A DNA stretch of 62,820 nt, counting the filler, from Octopus bimaculoides (Eukaryota): NCBI RefSeq assembly GCF_001194135.2. It is 6 parts of 6 records of this genome, joined end to end, with 100 filler letters (N's around TTAATTAATTAA, not from the genome) between each part and the next. Parts side by side here need not be neighbours in the genome. Positions count along the whole stretch, not along the records: positions 45,408 to 57,939 come from NC_069002.1; positions 58,040 to 59,849 come from NC_068988.1; positions 59,950 to 62,820 come from NW_026409694.1; 3 more parts are not named here. The stretch is one strand, 5' to 3'. Shown one piece after another: positions 50,616-62,820 of this stretch. Within the stretch, counting starts at the first letter, position 1. Each line of letters starts with the position of its first letter. The position numbers and the translations under genes were made by a program. The notes under the pieces were generated by a model, which did no database searches, was not told the DNA's origin, and saw only the letters and a list, made by a program, of their open reading frames with translations.

Positions 50616-50992
50616 AGTGGAGGCGCAATGGCCCAGTGGTTAGGGCAGCGGACTCGCGGTTTCGATTCCCAGACCGGGCATTGTGAGTGTTTATTGAGCG
50701 AAAACACCTAAAAGCTCCACGAGGCTCCGGCAGGGGATGGTGGCGAACCCTGCTGTACTCTTCCACCACAACTTTCTCACACTCTTACTTCCTGTTTCTG
50801 TTGTGCCTGTAATTCAAAGGGTCAGCCTTGTCACATTCTGTGTCACGCTGAATATCCCCGAGAACTACGTTAAGGGTACACGTGTCTGTGGAGTGCTCAG
50901 CCACTTCCACGTTAATTTCACGAGCAGGCTGTTCCGTTGATCGGATCAACTGGAACCCTCGACGTCGTAAGCGACGGAGTGCCAACTTAACT
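50616..50992 (+). mobile_element. tRNA-derived SINE (family A) with 13-bp TSD
   Basis: TSD tatagccgtgctg at 50603-50615 and 50993-51005; 14-bp deletion in the tRNA head relative to the 6603 copy. Confidence 0.92.
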
Positions 50993-51977
50993 TATAGCCG
51001 TGCTGTATTCGAATTTCTTTTCGACAGTCATCATCGTTCGCTCAATATTCCCAGCAGCTATTTGCTGTTGACGTCACCAAAACATGAAGAATATCATTAA
51101 AGGCCTGAAATTGTAATGATTTTTTTAAAACGATAATTGACGTGGAACGAGCATGGCCATGTCTTGTGTGTGAACTTTCCGTTCGTTCCTTATCGTGTTT
51201 CTGTTAATTCTTTTAAAACTATACCCATGCAAGGGTTTTAAGTCGAATGCGTTTTGCACATCACCAGACCAACTCTCGCTAGCAATATTATAAGGAACCC
51301 AGAGACAAGCTAAGTGCACGATGTCCAGTTTGGTAGAGCAGCGGGTTTTATATACGGGTTAGCCTTCTCCTCTTGAGATGTGTGTATTTGCGACAACGGG
51401 TACTAGTTTGTTTATATCATCGTAATCTAGTAGCGGTTTGGAAAAACAGATCGATAGAATATACTCTTTTACTCTCTTTTACTTGTTTCAGTCCTTTGAC
51501 ATATAATTATATGCATATATCCATACATATATGTACATACCTACATACATATATGGGTACAGGACATCACAAAAAACATTAAACACAATGAGAAACGAAA
51601 ACAGAAAACGAACTTTTTTTCGAACAACGAAAAAAACCCCCCAGAGAAACGAGACATGCAACATAAAGAATATCCTCTTTCATCAGTTGTCCCTGTCCAT
51701 CCACTCCGCCTTTCGAAGGTTATCTATATANNNNNNNNNNNNNNNNNNNNNNNNNNNNNNNNNNNNNNNNNNNNNNNNNNNNNNNNNNNNNNNNNNNNNN
51801 NNNNNNNNNNNNNNNNNNNNNNNNNNNNNNNNNNNNNNNNNNNNNNNNNNNNNNNNNNNNNNNNNNNNNNNNNNNNNNNNNNNNNNNNNNNNNNNNNNNN
51901 NNNNNNNNNNNNNNNNNNNNNNNNNNNNNNNNNNNNNNNNNNNNNNNNNNNNATATATATATATATATAAATATATA

Positions 51978-53561
51978 TATTCGACAAAACTATCGTAGTT
52001 AGTGGCTATCGTCCAGAACAAATATTTAATGTGGAGGAAACTGGGCTGTGGTGGAAGAAAATACCTGAGAGATCATACATCCACATGGAAGCAAAAACTA
52101 TGCCTGGTTTTAAAGCTTTCGAGGACAGAGTAACATTGTTGTTGGGTGGAAATGCCGCTGGAGCTTCTCCTCATTTATCGCTCACAAAATCCACGTGCAC
52201 TGAAAAAAAGTGAATAAACACACGCTGCCTGTTTATTATCGCTTTAACACCAAGGCCTGGATGACTCAAGCTTTATTCGAAGATTGGTTTGCCAACTGTT
52301 TTATACCCCAAGTCAGGCAGTATTTGCTGAGAAAAGGCCTTCCATTTAAAGTACTCCTGTGTCTCGACAATGCTCCGGGACATCCCCAGCATATTGATGA
52401 TTTACACCAGGATGTTAAGGTCGTGTATCTGCCTAAAAACACGACTGCTATATTACAGCCAATGGATCAGGGAGCTATAGCAACATTCAAAGCGTATTAT
52501 TTGCGCACAATTTCCAAGGCTATAGCGGCAACTGAAAGTGGTGAGGTGAACCTTCGTGATTTCTGGAAGAACTACAACATCGCAGACTGCATCAAGAACA
52601 TTTATGCAAGTTGGGAGGAAGTGACTGAAAAATGTATTGCAAGGTATATGGGGGAAAAAAATGCCTAAAACGTTTTACGAATGACTTTGAAGGCTTCGAT
52701 AATGAGGAACATGTCGGGAGTATAAATCGAAGAGTTGTGGACCTTGCTAATGAACTGAATTTGGAAGTGGAAGTGAACGACATTCAAGAATTAGTGGAAT
52801 ATGAAGAGGGCGAGCTAAGTACCGAATATTTGATCGAATTGGAAGCATTGCAGTACGTGGAAGAAGAACAACAAGAAGAAAAACAAGAAGAAGAAGAAGA
52901 ACGAACAGAAGAAGTTCACCGTCAAAGGATTAGCGAATGTTTTCTCGAAGATTAATTCTGCTATGCTAGAACTTGAGGCGATGAATCCAAATTTTGAGCG
53001 ATTTTCCAAGGTGGAAAGGCAGACAACTGAACTTTTCCGATGTTATCGAGAAATTTATGACGAAAAAAGGAAGATAACAAAACAAACAACAGTGAAGGGA
53101 TTGATTTTTCATGCATTTTGATGTCAAGAACGAGTTGCTTTTGTAATCTTTATCCAAAGTAAAACAAAGTTATTATGTTTGAGTTTCCTTTAAACCTTTT
53201 CACCTTTTCTATATAACCCTGAGAAAAGTTTATTAGGCATCCTATGTACTGGGCCTGCAATCACAAACATACTTACAATGTCTGAGCTACAATAATACAG
53301 TATCCATGTCCTAACTTTTAAGGTTTTCCTTGTGATAATCTTACTGTTACTTATTCATTTTTCAACAATTTATGTTAGGGATTCTTGGCCCTGTACTGCA
53401 TATACTTTACACAGTACGGTATTCTGTTTCTATATGTACGTACAGTACATTATACCTATAAAAAGAAAAAATACGTACCCTACGAATATTCGTTTAACGA
53501 CGAATTTGCTTAACGACGGGGCTGTTGGAACGTAACTCGGTCGTTAAATGAGTACAGTCTG
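51978..53561 (+). mobile_element. Tigger/pogo DNA transposon, 5'-truncated, disabled DDE transposase
   Basis: IFNVEETGLWWK, DRVTLLLGGNAAG, LDNAPGHP, LPKNTTAILQPMDQG; frameshifts; right TIR ggtcgttaaatgagtacagtctg. Confidence 0.93.
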
Positions 53562-53576
53562 AATATATATGTATAA

Positions 53577-53613
<37 letters not shown>

Positions 53614-54069
53614 NNNNNNNNNNNNNNNNNNNNNNNNNNNNNNNNNNNNNNNNNNNNNNNNNNNNNNNNNNNNNNNNNNNNNNNNNNNNNNNNNNNNNNN
53701 NNNNNNNNNNNNNNNNNNNNNNNNNNNNNNNNNNNNNNNNNNNNNNNNNNNNNNNNNNNNNNNNNNNNNNNNNNNNNNNNNNNNNNNNNNNNNNNNNNNN
53801 NNNNNNNNNNNNNNNNNNNNNNNNNNNNNNNNNNNNNNNNNNNNNNNNNNNNNNNNNNNNNNNNNNNNNNNNNNNNNNNTATATATGTATGTGTGTGTGT
53901 ATATATATGTATGTGTGTGTGTATATATATGTATGTGTGTGTGTATATATATGTATGTGTGTGTGTATATATATGTATGTGTGTGTGTGTGTATATATGT
54001 ATGTGTGTGTGTATATATATATGTCTGTGTGTATATATGTCTGTGTGTATATATGTCTGTGTGTATGTG

Positions 54070-54560
54070 TGTGTGTATATATGTCCGTGTGTATGTGTGT
54101 GCGTATATATGTCCGTGTGTATGTGTGTGCGTATATATATGTCCGTGTGTATGTGTGTGTGTATATATATGTCCGTGTGTATGTGTGTGTGTATATATAT
54201 GTCCGTGTGTATGTGTGTGTGTATATATATGTCCGTGTGTATGTGTGTGTGTATATATATGTCCGTGTGTATGTGNNNNNNNNNNNNNNNNNNNNNNNNN
54301 NNNNNNNNNNNNNNNNNNNNNNNNNNNNNNNNNNNNNNNNNNNNNNNNNNNNNNNNNNNNNNNNNNNNNNNNNNNNNNNNNNNNNNNNNNNNNTGTGTGT
54401 GTATATATATGTCCGTGTGTATGTGTGTGTGTATATATATGTCCGTGTGTATGTGTGTGTGTATATATATGTCCGTGTGTATGTGTGTGTGTATATATAT
54501 GTCCGTGTGTATGTGTGTGTGTATATATATGTCCGTGTGTATATGTGTGTGTATATATAT
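54070..54560. repeat. 30-bp minisatellite (gtccgtgtgtatgtgtgtgtgtatatatat)
   Basis: Period 30 seen directly; interrupted by a gap. Confidence 0.92.
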
Positions 54561-55091
54561 ATATATGTGCGTGTATATATATATGTATGTGTGTGTGTAT
54601 ATATATATATATATANNNNNNNNNNGTCTTGGTTAGAGGGTATCCAGAGGCAGGTAATTTATTGTTTAAACCGTACACACACATACTGAAAAGAAATTAT
54701 ACATATGTATCCTCAGCAACCACCATTAACCCACCACCATCACCACCCCAGCGTCACTTCCATCGCCACCACATCCACCACCAACACGATTGCTACTTGT
54801 TTTTATTTCACACTTCGCTTTTTTCTACTGTGTTCCCTTTACCGCCCGCTAAACGTCACACTGAACGTCTTGATTCACCCCTTGAGACACATAAAAATGC
54901 ACCACTCGATACATTTGTGTCGCCCATTTAGAAAGGACACGGTTACTTTGAACATCAAACGTCTTCCTCTTTTCCTTTAATTTATCCACAGGACACATAA
55001 ATATTAAATATACGACTTCACTTCCTTGCCAACAGAAATAGCGAAAGACTAATAATTTATATATTTATTTAATTATTTATTTATTTATTAG

Positions 55092-55326
55092 GCCCAGGAG
55101 TGTGGTAAGTAGCTTGTTTGCCAACCACATGGTTCCGGGTTCAGTCCCACTGCGTGACACCTCGGGCAAGTGTCTTCTACTATAGCCTCGGGCCGACCAA
55201 AGCTTTATGAGTGGATTTGGTAGACGGAAACTGAAAGCCCGTCGTATATATGTATATATATATATATATATGTTTGTGTGTCTATGTTTGTCCCCCCCCC
55301 TCCAACATCGCTTGACAACCGATGGT
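55092..55326 (+). mobile_element. Family C SINE 5' part, CpG-intact
   Basis: ccgggttcagtcccactgcgtg, cctcgggccgacc. Confidence 0.85.
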
Positions 55327-55880
55327 NNNNNNNNNNNNNNNNNNNNNNNNNNNNNNNNNNNNNNNNNNNNNNNNNNNNNNNNNNNNNNNNNNNNNNNNNN
55401 NNNNNNNNNNNNNNNNNNNNNNNNNNNNNNNNNNNNNNNNNNNNNNNNNNNNNNNNNNNNNNNNNNNNNNNNNNNNNNNNNNNNNNNNNNNNNNNNNNNN
55501 NNNNNNNNNNNNNNNNNNNNNNNNNNNNNNNNNNNNNNNNNNNNNNNNNNNNNNNNNNNNNNNNNNNNNNNNNNNNNNNNNNNNNNNNNNNNNNNNNNNN
55601 NNNNNNNNNNNNNNNNNNNNNNNNNNNNNNNNNNNNNNNNNNNNNNNNNNNNNNNNNNNNNNNNNNNNNNNNNNNNNNNNNNNNNNNNNNNNNNNNNNNN
55701 NNNNNNNNNNNNNNNNNNNNNNNNNNNNNNNNNNNNNNNNNNNNNNNNNNNNNNNNNNNNNNNNNNNNNNNNNNNNNNNNNNNNNNNNNNNNNNNNNNNN
55801 NNNNNNNNNNNNNNNNNNNNNNNNNNNNNNNNNNNNNNNNNNNNNNNNNNNNNNNNNNNNNNNNNNNNNNNNNNNNNNNN

Positions 55881-56217
55881 AGAGGAGGCTGGTTTTCAGT
55901 CGTATTTGTTTGTTCGTGGACAAGATATCTTAAGAACTGCTAGATGTATTCGGTTGAAACTTTCATAGATGTTTGGCTTCGTGACTGGCACGAACCGATT
56001 AGATTTTGAGATCGATCCGATACCGGATAAGGATTCTGGATTATTTTTCCTGTTTTTTTTTTACTTCATTTTTGAGAGCGGTCGGATTCATTTTTAGTAT
56101 TCTCGTTTGTGAGAGCAATCAACTTTATTTCAGATATTCTCATTTAAAAAATCACCTCCAGCTAATCGTTGAGAGGACGTTGGTGTTGTCTTGACGAAGG
56201 TTTGCGTTCTCTGAGGC
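55881..56217 (+). mobile_element. Possible Helentron-associated (DINE-1/HINE-like) non-autonomous element
   Basis: ggaggctggttttc..gtatttgtttgtt start, gttgaaactttc, gatccgataccggat and ttgacgaaggtttgcgttctctgag end resemble DINE-1-type elements; recognised from memory. Confidence 0.45.
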
Positions 56218-57212
56218 GTGGCTGTGTGGTAAGAAGCTTGCTTCCCACCCACATGGTTCCAGGTTCAGTTCCACTACGTGGCACCTTAGGCAAGTGTCTT
56301 CTACTATAGCCACAGGTCAACCAAAGCCTTGTGAGTGGATTTGGTAGACGGAAACTGAAACAGAAAGAAGCCCGTCGTATATGTATACAGACTGTCCTCA
56401 TTTAACGACCGAGTTACGTTCCAACAGCCCCGTCGTTAAGCAAATTCGTCGTTAAACGAATATTCATAGGGTACGTATTTTTTTTTTATAGGTATAGTGT
56501 ACTGTACGTACATATAGAAACAGAATACCGTACTGTGTAAAGTATATGCAGTACAGGGCCAAGAATCCCTAACATAAATTGTTGAAAAATGAATAAGTAA
56601 ACAGTAAGATTATCACAAGGAAAACCTTAAAAGTTAGGATATGGATACTGTATTATTGTAGCTCAGACATCGCAAGTACGTTTGTGATTGCAGGCCCAGT
56701 ACATAGGATGCCTAATAAACTTTTCTCAGGGTTATATAGAAAAGGTGAAAAGNNNNNNNNNNNNNNNNNNNNNNNNNNNNNNNNNNNNNNNNNNNNNNNN
56801 NNNNNNNNNNNNNNNNNNNNNNNNNNNNNNNNNNNNNNNNACCTTGGAAAATCGCTCAAAATTTGGATTCATCGCCTCAAGTTCTATTTTGTAAAATATG
56901 TAATGACGGCTCGTAAAGTTCGTCGTAACTCCGAGTGGTCGTTAAATAGGCAGGTCGTTAAATGAGGACAGTCTGTATGTATGTGTGTGTGTGTTTGTTT
57001 GCGCGCGCGCATATGTTTGTTCCTCCGCCATCGCTTGACAACCGATGTTGGAGTGTTTACGTCTCCGTAACTTAGCGGTTCGGCATAAAAAACAGAAAGA
57101 ATAAGTACCAGGCTTACAAAGAATAAGGCATGAGGTCGATTTCTTCGACTAAAACCCTTTAAGGCGGTGCTCCAGTAGGGCCGCAGTCAAATGACTGAAA
57201 CAAATAAAAGAA
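56215..57212 (+). mobile_element. Family C SINE split by a Tigger-derived MITE
   Basis: Head 56215-56387; body resumes at 56976. Confidence 0.85.
56388..56975 (-). mobile_element. Internally deleted Tigger derivative with 23-bp TIRs and TA TSD
   Basis: cagactgtcctcatttaacgacc / ggtcgttaaatgaggacagtctg; body is the reverse complement of about 52966-53561. Confidence 0.93.
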
Positions 57213-57221
57213 TACAATTTT

Positions 57222-57452
57222 GTATTTCTTTATTGCCCTCCAGGGGCTAAACATAGAGGGGACAAACAAGGACAGACAAAGGGATTAAGTCGATTACATC
57301 GAACCAGTGTGTAACTGGTACTTATTCAATCGACCCCAAAAGGATGAAAGGCAAAGTTGACCTCGGCGGAATTTGAACTCAGAACGTAACGGCAGACGAA
57401 ATACCGCTAAGCATTTCGCCCGGCGTACTACCGATTCTGCCAGCTCGCTGCC
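57222..57452 (-). mobile_element. Family D SINE, young, with an alternative tail
   Basis: Reverse complement of the family D head and central domain; CpGs intact. Confidence 0.85.
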
Positions 57453-57646
57453 TTTTGGTGTACTGGAATAAGCTGATGTGCTTCTTGAGGACGCAGCTTG
57501 GATTATAGCCTTAACTACAGACTAAGAAAATGTTGTATATTTGTAATGAAGTATTTCTATTTGCATCAAAATATCTTGCTGATTTCAGTCGCTTATAAAA
57601 GGCTGATTTAGTCATGGGGAAAAATAAAGTGAAATAAATAATATTA

Positions 57647-57874
57647 TTGGGTTGTCCGGTAAGTTCGTGCCGATTTATAGTAGCTTACCTTTCGACTTAT
57701 TTGCCATGAAACCACCTCAATTCTGGGAAGAGGGTATTTTCAAGTTAAAGGAAAGATGGTGACGCATTGTGCAACAAAATGGTTCATATTTGGTTGATTA
57801 AAAATGTAATGGCAAGTATTTATTGACCTTTTTCTTTCCTTTAAAAATCGGCACGAACTTTCCGCACAACCCAA
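57647..57874 (+). mobile_element. Mariner-derived MITE with TA TSD
   Basis: TIRs ttgggttgtccggtaagttcgtgccgattt / aaatcggcacgaactttccgcacaacccaa; carries the transposase C-terminus FWEEGIFKLKERW. Confidence 0.88.
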
Positions 57875-58085
57875 TAGGTTAATCTTTCATGATATCAGTT
57901 CTGAATGTCGTACCAGATGGCTTGCTTCTCATTGTTGCTNNNNNNNNNNNNNNNNNNNNNNNNNNNNNNNNNNNNNNNNNNNNTTAATTAATTAANNNNN
58001 NNNNNNNNNNNNNNNNNNNNNNNNNNNNNNNNNNNNNNNGTAAGTATGTACATATATGTGTGTATACATGTATATATATTCTTTG

Positions 58086-58134
<49 letters not shown>

Positions 58135-59674
58135 GAGAGAGAGAGACATGACAAAATGGAATAAGCAGGACCAGAGGAGACACATGGAACAGAGAGTTAC
58201 AGATGAGTTTACAAAATGTGTGACGAAAGAACTTATAAACTAAAAATAATAGGAATTAAAAATGAAGCGACGATCAAATAGATAGTTGTGTATTTAATTG
58301 GCAGAGAAAATTTGTACATGTGTAACAATATCTGTTACAATACACGTTTTCACACCAAGAATCTTGCAAAACAAATACATAAACTTGTATACATACACAC
58401 ATACATACTTTCGTTTATATTTGGATATGTTGTCTTGGATAAGTTGTCTTGAGAGAAGAAATTCTTCTTATAGACAATAGGAGTAAATACACCTGCAGTC
58501 CGGAGAACCCGTTGATGTCACCTAATTAGTTTATTCTAATTTTAAAAAGTTTTTCGAACATCAACAAATGTACCGTTTGCTTTTTCTAATATAACATCGA
58601 ACGATTCTCAGTAGCTGTGAAAGGCGAGTAGGTATACCCATGTGATGAAGCATAAAACCCCGCAAAAACTCATGCGTTCCGTCACGGTATTTCATGGCAT
58701 AATAGTGTTTTCTCCATGTCCGAATGTGCACGAACATGTTAAATACATCTGTACACTGCAATATTTCATTCAGCGCAGCATATGCGTCTCCAATGAAAAG
58801 ATATTTACAGACTCGCACACGCATGAACAGACACATATATATATGTATGCATGTATAACATATGTGAGAATGAGTGTATACTCTTTTATTTGTTTCAGTC
58901 CTTTGACTTAGTGACGTTTAATTTTGTACGTATACTAATCTAAAGTGTATAACACATAAGGAGATCCCATTTTATAATACATTTCTAAACATACTTTAAA
59001 ATATGAACTTTTATCAAAGAACGATATTTATCACCGGAGAATTTTGCTTTAGTCTTTTTTTCTTCAAATAATAATTATGCTATATGTGTATTAAATTTCT
59101 CGTTTCTTATGTTCGTGGAAATACAAAAAAAAAAAGATAAATAAATACATATTTGATCTCTGACTAAGAAATATTTTTACATTTCGTTGAATACAATTGA
59201 AGTTTGTTTTCAGAATATAATTTACTCTAGACTAAAATTGCCATCCCCTTGTTGAGCATTAAACTGAGAGAGGAAAGTGTCAGTCAAGTGCTGCGCTCAA
59301 CACTTTGCATTGAGTAAGGCGATAGATAGCAGAGCTGAATTGATGTCAACAAACTGGTTTTCGTTCTTCTACATTCTAAGATCACAATACGTTGAGATAA
59401 ACTTAGCCTTTCATCTTATCTGGGGCGATAGAATAAAGCCCCATTCAAATACTAGGGTTCATTTAAACTTAATATTCCTCTAAAGCCTTCCTTTATGAAT
59501 AGAATTACAATAGATTTTATTGTTCATTCTTCCGAGATGAATAAAATTAGTACTGGTCATGTGCAAGAAAGATTCTGTCACCCTCTCTACTTCGGTGAAT
59601 ATGTTATAAATTATATTATTTCTGCTATCACTGCGCATTTGAATTTATATCTTGGACCTGGGGGTATGTATATT

Positions 59675-59849
59675 CTTTTATTCTTTTACTTGTTTCAGTC
59701 ATTTGACTGCGCCCATGCTGGAGCATCGCTTTAGTCGAACAAATCGACCTTATTCTATTTTATTCTATCGGTCTCTTTTGCCGAACTGCTATGTAAACAC
59801 ACCAACTTCGGTTGTCAAGTGATTGTGGTGACGAAAACACAGAGACACA
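59675..59849 (-). mobile_element. Family C SINE 3' part
   Basis: ttttacttgtttcagtcatttgactg...gctggagca is the reverse complement of the family C tail. Confidence 0.8.
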
Positions 59850-60113
59850 NNNNNNNNNNNNNNNNNNNNNNNNNNNNNNNNNNNNNNNNNNNNTTAATTA
59901 ATTAANNNNNNNNNNNNNNNNNNNNNNNNNNNNNNNNNNNNNNNNNNNNCACACATATATGAATGTTTACACACACATATATATACGCTTACGTACATAT
60001 ATGTATTACGTATATATAAATACACACATATACATATGTAAGTATATGTATGTATATAGTCACAAACATAAATATAAACATTATATATACATTTTGTACC
60101 TGAAGTGTATATC

Positions 60114-60152
<39 letters not shown>

Positions 60153-60367
60153 TTACACATGTATATATGTTTATATATATTTATATGTATATATATATAC
60201 GTATTTATATATATATATATATACACACACACGCACACACACACACGCACACACTCACTCACGTATTAATATTGTCTGAGCTGTATATATAATTATCGGC
60301 GACATTTAGAAGTGAATATCAAATTCGTCTTTGTACAATAACTTCCGTATATATGTGTGTGTATGTA

Positions 60368-60403
<36 letters not shown>

Positions 60404-60455
60404 CACACATATATGTTGCATAGCATACAGGAAATGTATATATATGTGTGTATTT

Positions 60456-60502
<47 letters not shown>

Positions 60503-61237
60503 GCATATANNNNNNNNNNNNNNNNNNNNNNNNNNNNNNNNNNNNNNNNNNNNNNNNNNNNNNNNNNNNNNNNNNNNNNNNNNNNNNNNNNNNNNNNNNN
60601 NNNNNNNNNNNNNNNNNNNNNNNNNNNNNNNNNNNNNNNNNNNNNNNNNNNNNNNNNNNNNNNNNNNNNNNNNNNNNNNNNNNNNNNNNNNNNNNNNNNN
60701 NNNNNNNNNNNNNNNNNNNNNNNNNNNNNNNNNNNNNNNNNNNNNNNNNNNNNNNNNNNNNNNNNNNNNNNNNNNNNNNNNNNNNNNNNNNNNNNNNNNN
60801 NNNNNNNNNNNNNNNNNNNNNNNNNNNNNNNNNNNNNNNNNNNNNNNNNNNNNNNNNNNNNNNNNNNNNNNNNNNNNNNNNNNNNNNNNNNNNNNNNNNN
60901 NNNNNNNNNNNNNNNNNNNNNNNNNNNNNNNNNNNNNNNNNNNNNNNNNNNNNNNNNNNNNNNNNNNNNNNNNNNNNNNNNNNNNNNNNNNNNNNNNNNN
61001 NNNNNNNNNNNNNNNNNNNNNNNNNNNNNNNNNNNNNNNNNNNNNNNNNNNNNNNNNNNNNNNNNNNNNNNNNNNNNNNNNNNNNNNNNNNNNNNNNNNN
61101 NNNNNNNNNNNNNNNNNNNNNNNNNNNNNNNNNNNNNNNNNNNNNNNNNNNNNNNNNNNNNNNNNNNNNNNNNNNNNNNNNNNNNNNNNNNNNNNNNNNN
61201 NNNNNNNNNNNNNNNNNNNNNNNACACACATATATAT

Positions 61238-61268
<31 letters not shown>

Positions 61269-61403
61269 CACACTCACACATATATACACACACACACATA
61301 TATATATACACACACACACATATATATATACACATTTATATATATATAGATACGCATTTATATATATATATACATTTATATATATATATATATATATTCT
61401 TTG

Positions 61404-61437
<34 letters not shown>

Positions 61438-61671
61438 CATGCATACATATTTACAGATACGCATATAGAGAGGTAAATAGATAATTACACATACCTATAC
61501 ATGTGTGCGAGTGCGTGTGTAAGTGTATGAGTGCGCATGTCTGTATAAATGTACGTATGTGTGTATTACGTACGTATGTATGTGTACACGCACAGTGATT
61601 TCCTTTGAAAATGAACTTCACATAAAATTGACGAGGTATCTGTTATATAATTCTTCCATTTTGCTATTTAT

Positions 61672-61732
<61 letters not shown>

Positions 61733-62820
61733 GATAAGGAGAGAGAGGCGCAACAATTTGCTGCCTCGCCAGAAGGCTGCAATTTTGTGGAGTAGAAGCG
61801 AGGCGAGAAAGGAAGAGATTAGGAACGAGAAGAATATAGTGGAAGGTGGGGGGAGAGAAAGATGAGCAAATAGGAGAAGAAAAAGGTGAGAATGTTACTG
61901 CTGCAGTAATGGCGGATAAATTCACCTTTACATGTCGGGTTTTTGTTTGTGGTTTTACACACTGTCACCTTTAAAATACAGGGAGATGGCAACTGTATTA
62001 CGGCAACGATTTTTTCTCATTTGCGGAGAGGAGAACAATTACAGCAGGAGCCATTTTTTCTTCTTTTTTTTTCATTTTTCTTTCAAGCACGTTATTGCTG
62101 TTACGAATCTGACCCCCGTCTCAAAGTGACCTACGCAATGTGGAGAATATTTTAAGGACATCGTCAGTATGTTATTACAAAATGGACGAGGGGGGGGGGG
62201 AACTTCTCCGCGATGGAGACACGTCAGAAAATTATTCAGACAAGACAGAGCGATACTATGGGAACATGGAGTAGTATTAGATCACTATAGAATAGACGAT
62301 TTTATTTCATTTAAAACACTGATATTCTATATAAGAAAATTATTGTATTTTTGATAATTTTACATTTGGAGACATAACAATAGAATAACAAATAGCTTAA
62401 GTAAATACCGCTTTTATTCTGCGTACTTCTCGTGGAATGGAATTGAATACAAAATAGAACTACAACAACGAAAAGTCTACTACCAGGCAACCAGACCATT
62501 ATTACGGCTTCAAAATACTACAAAAGCATCCAAAAGCCTTATTTATTTATCATTAATTAATCTCCTCAGGACATGCTTTGCTCCCTTCACTCAAGGACTT
62601 TTCCATGTTATACAAGGTGTTCAAAAGGTCTCTCCGCAGTGATTTTTTTTTTTTTTTTTAATCCTGACTCTCTAAGTGTCAGACTCTCCAAGATGCATTT
62701 CAAAACATGTGTAGAAGAGTCAACTTCTGTACTGAAAATGAAGGACGACACTTTCAACACCCCTTATAAAGTTTTTAAAGTCTTGTAAAGTCTAATATAT
62801 TCTTTTGTAGTCTTATACCA

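Overview
This is repeat-rich, gapped animal genomic DNA. The tRNA/CORE-type SINEs, dense microsatellites, RTE/Tx1/R4 LINE fragments, mariner and Tigger elements are most consistent with an octopus or other coleoid cephalopod, though species cannot be proven from sequence alone. Two protein-coding genes are supported, both on the minus strand. (1) The first coding exon of a neuroligin (42935-43385); no further neuroligin exon was found in the window. (2) An uncharacterised single-pass receptor assembled by hand from four splice-phase-compatible exons (36785-37105, 35171-35395, 26815-26899, 23591-24497), about 512 aa without its N-terminus. It has a divergent C-type-lectin-like domain, a Ser/Thr/Pro stalk, one TM helix and a roughly 300-aa tail in which 10 of 14 tyrosines are YxxI/V/L/F. 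This receptor is the most interesting object here. It lies where neuroligin intron 1 should be and is phase-compatible with the neuroligin exon, but an unsized scaffold gap separates them. Other notable items: a possible plus-strand TCT/TOP promoter at about 14.2 kb, a CpG-decay footprint over about 15-38.8 kb, a nested TE pile at 18-22.5 kb with two different Penelope-like elements joined head-to-head, a TAA-flanked R4/Dong-like fragment, a degenerate hammerhead-like motif and several near-perfect hairpins. Most long ORFs in the supplied track are microsatellite or N-gap artefacts. All alignments and counts were done by eye, so TE boundaries are approximate.
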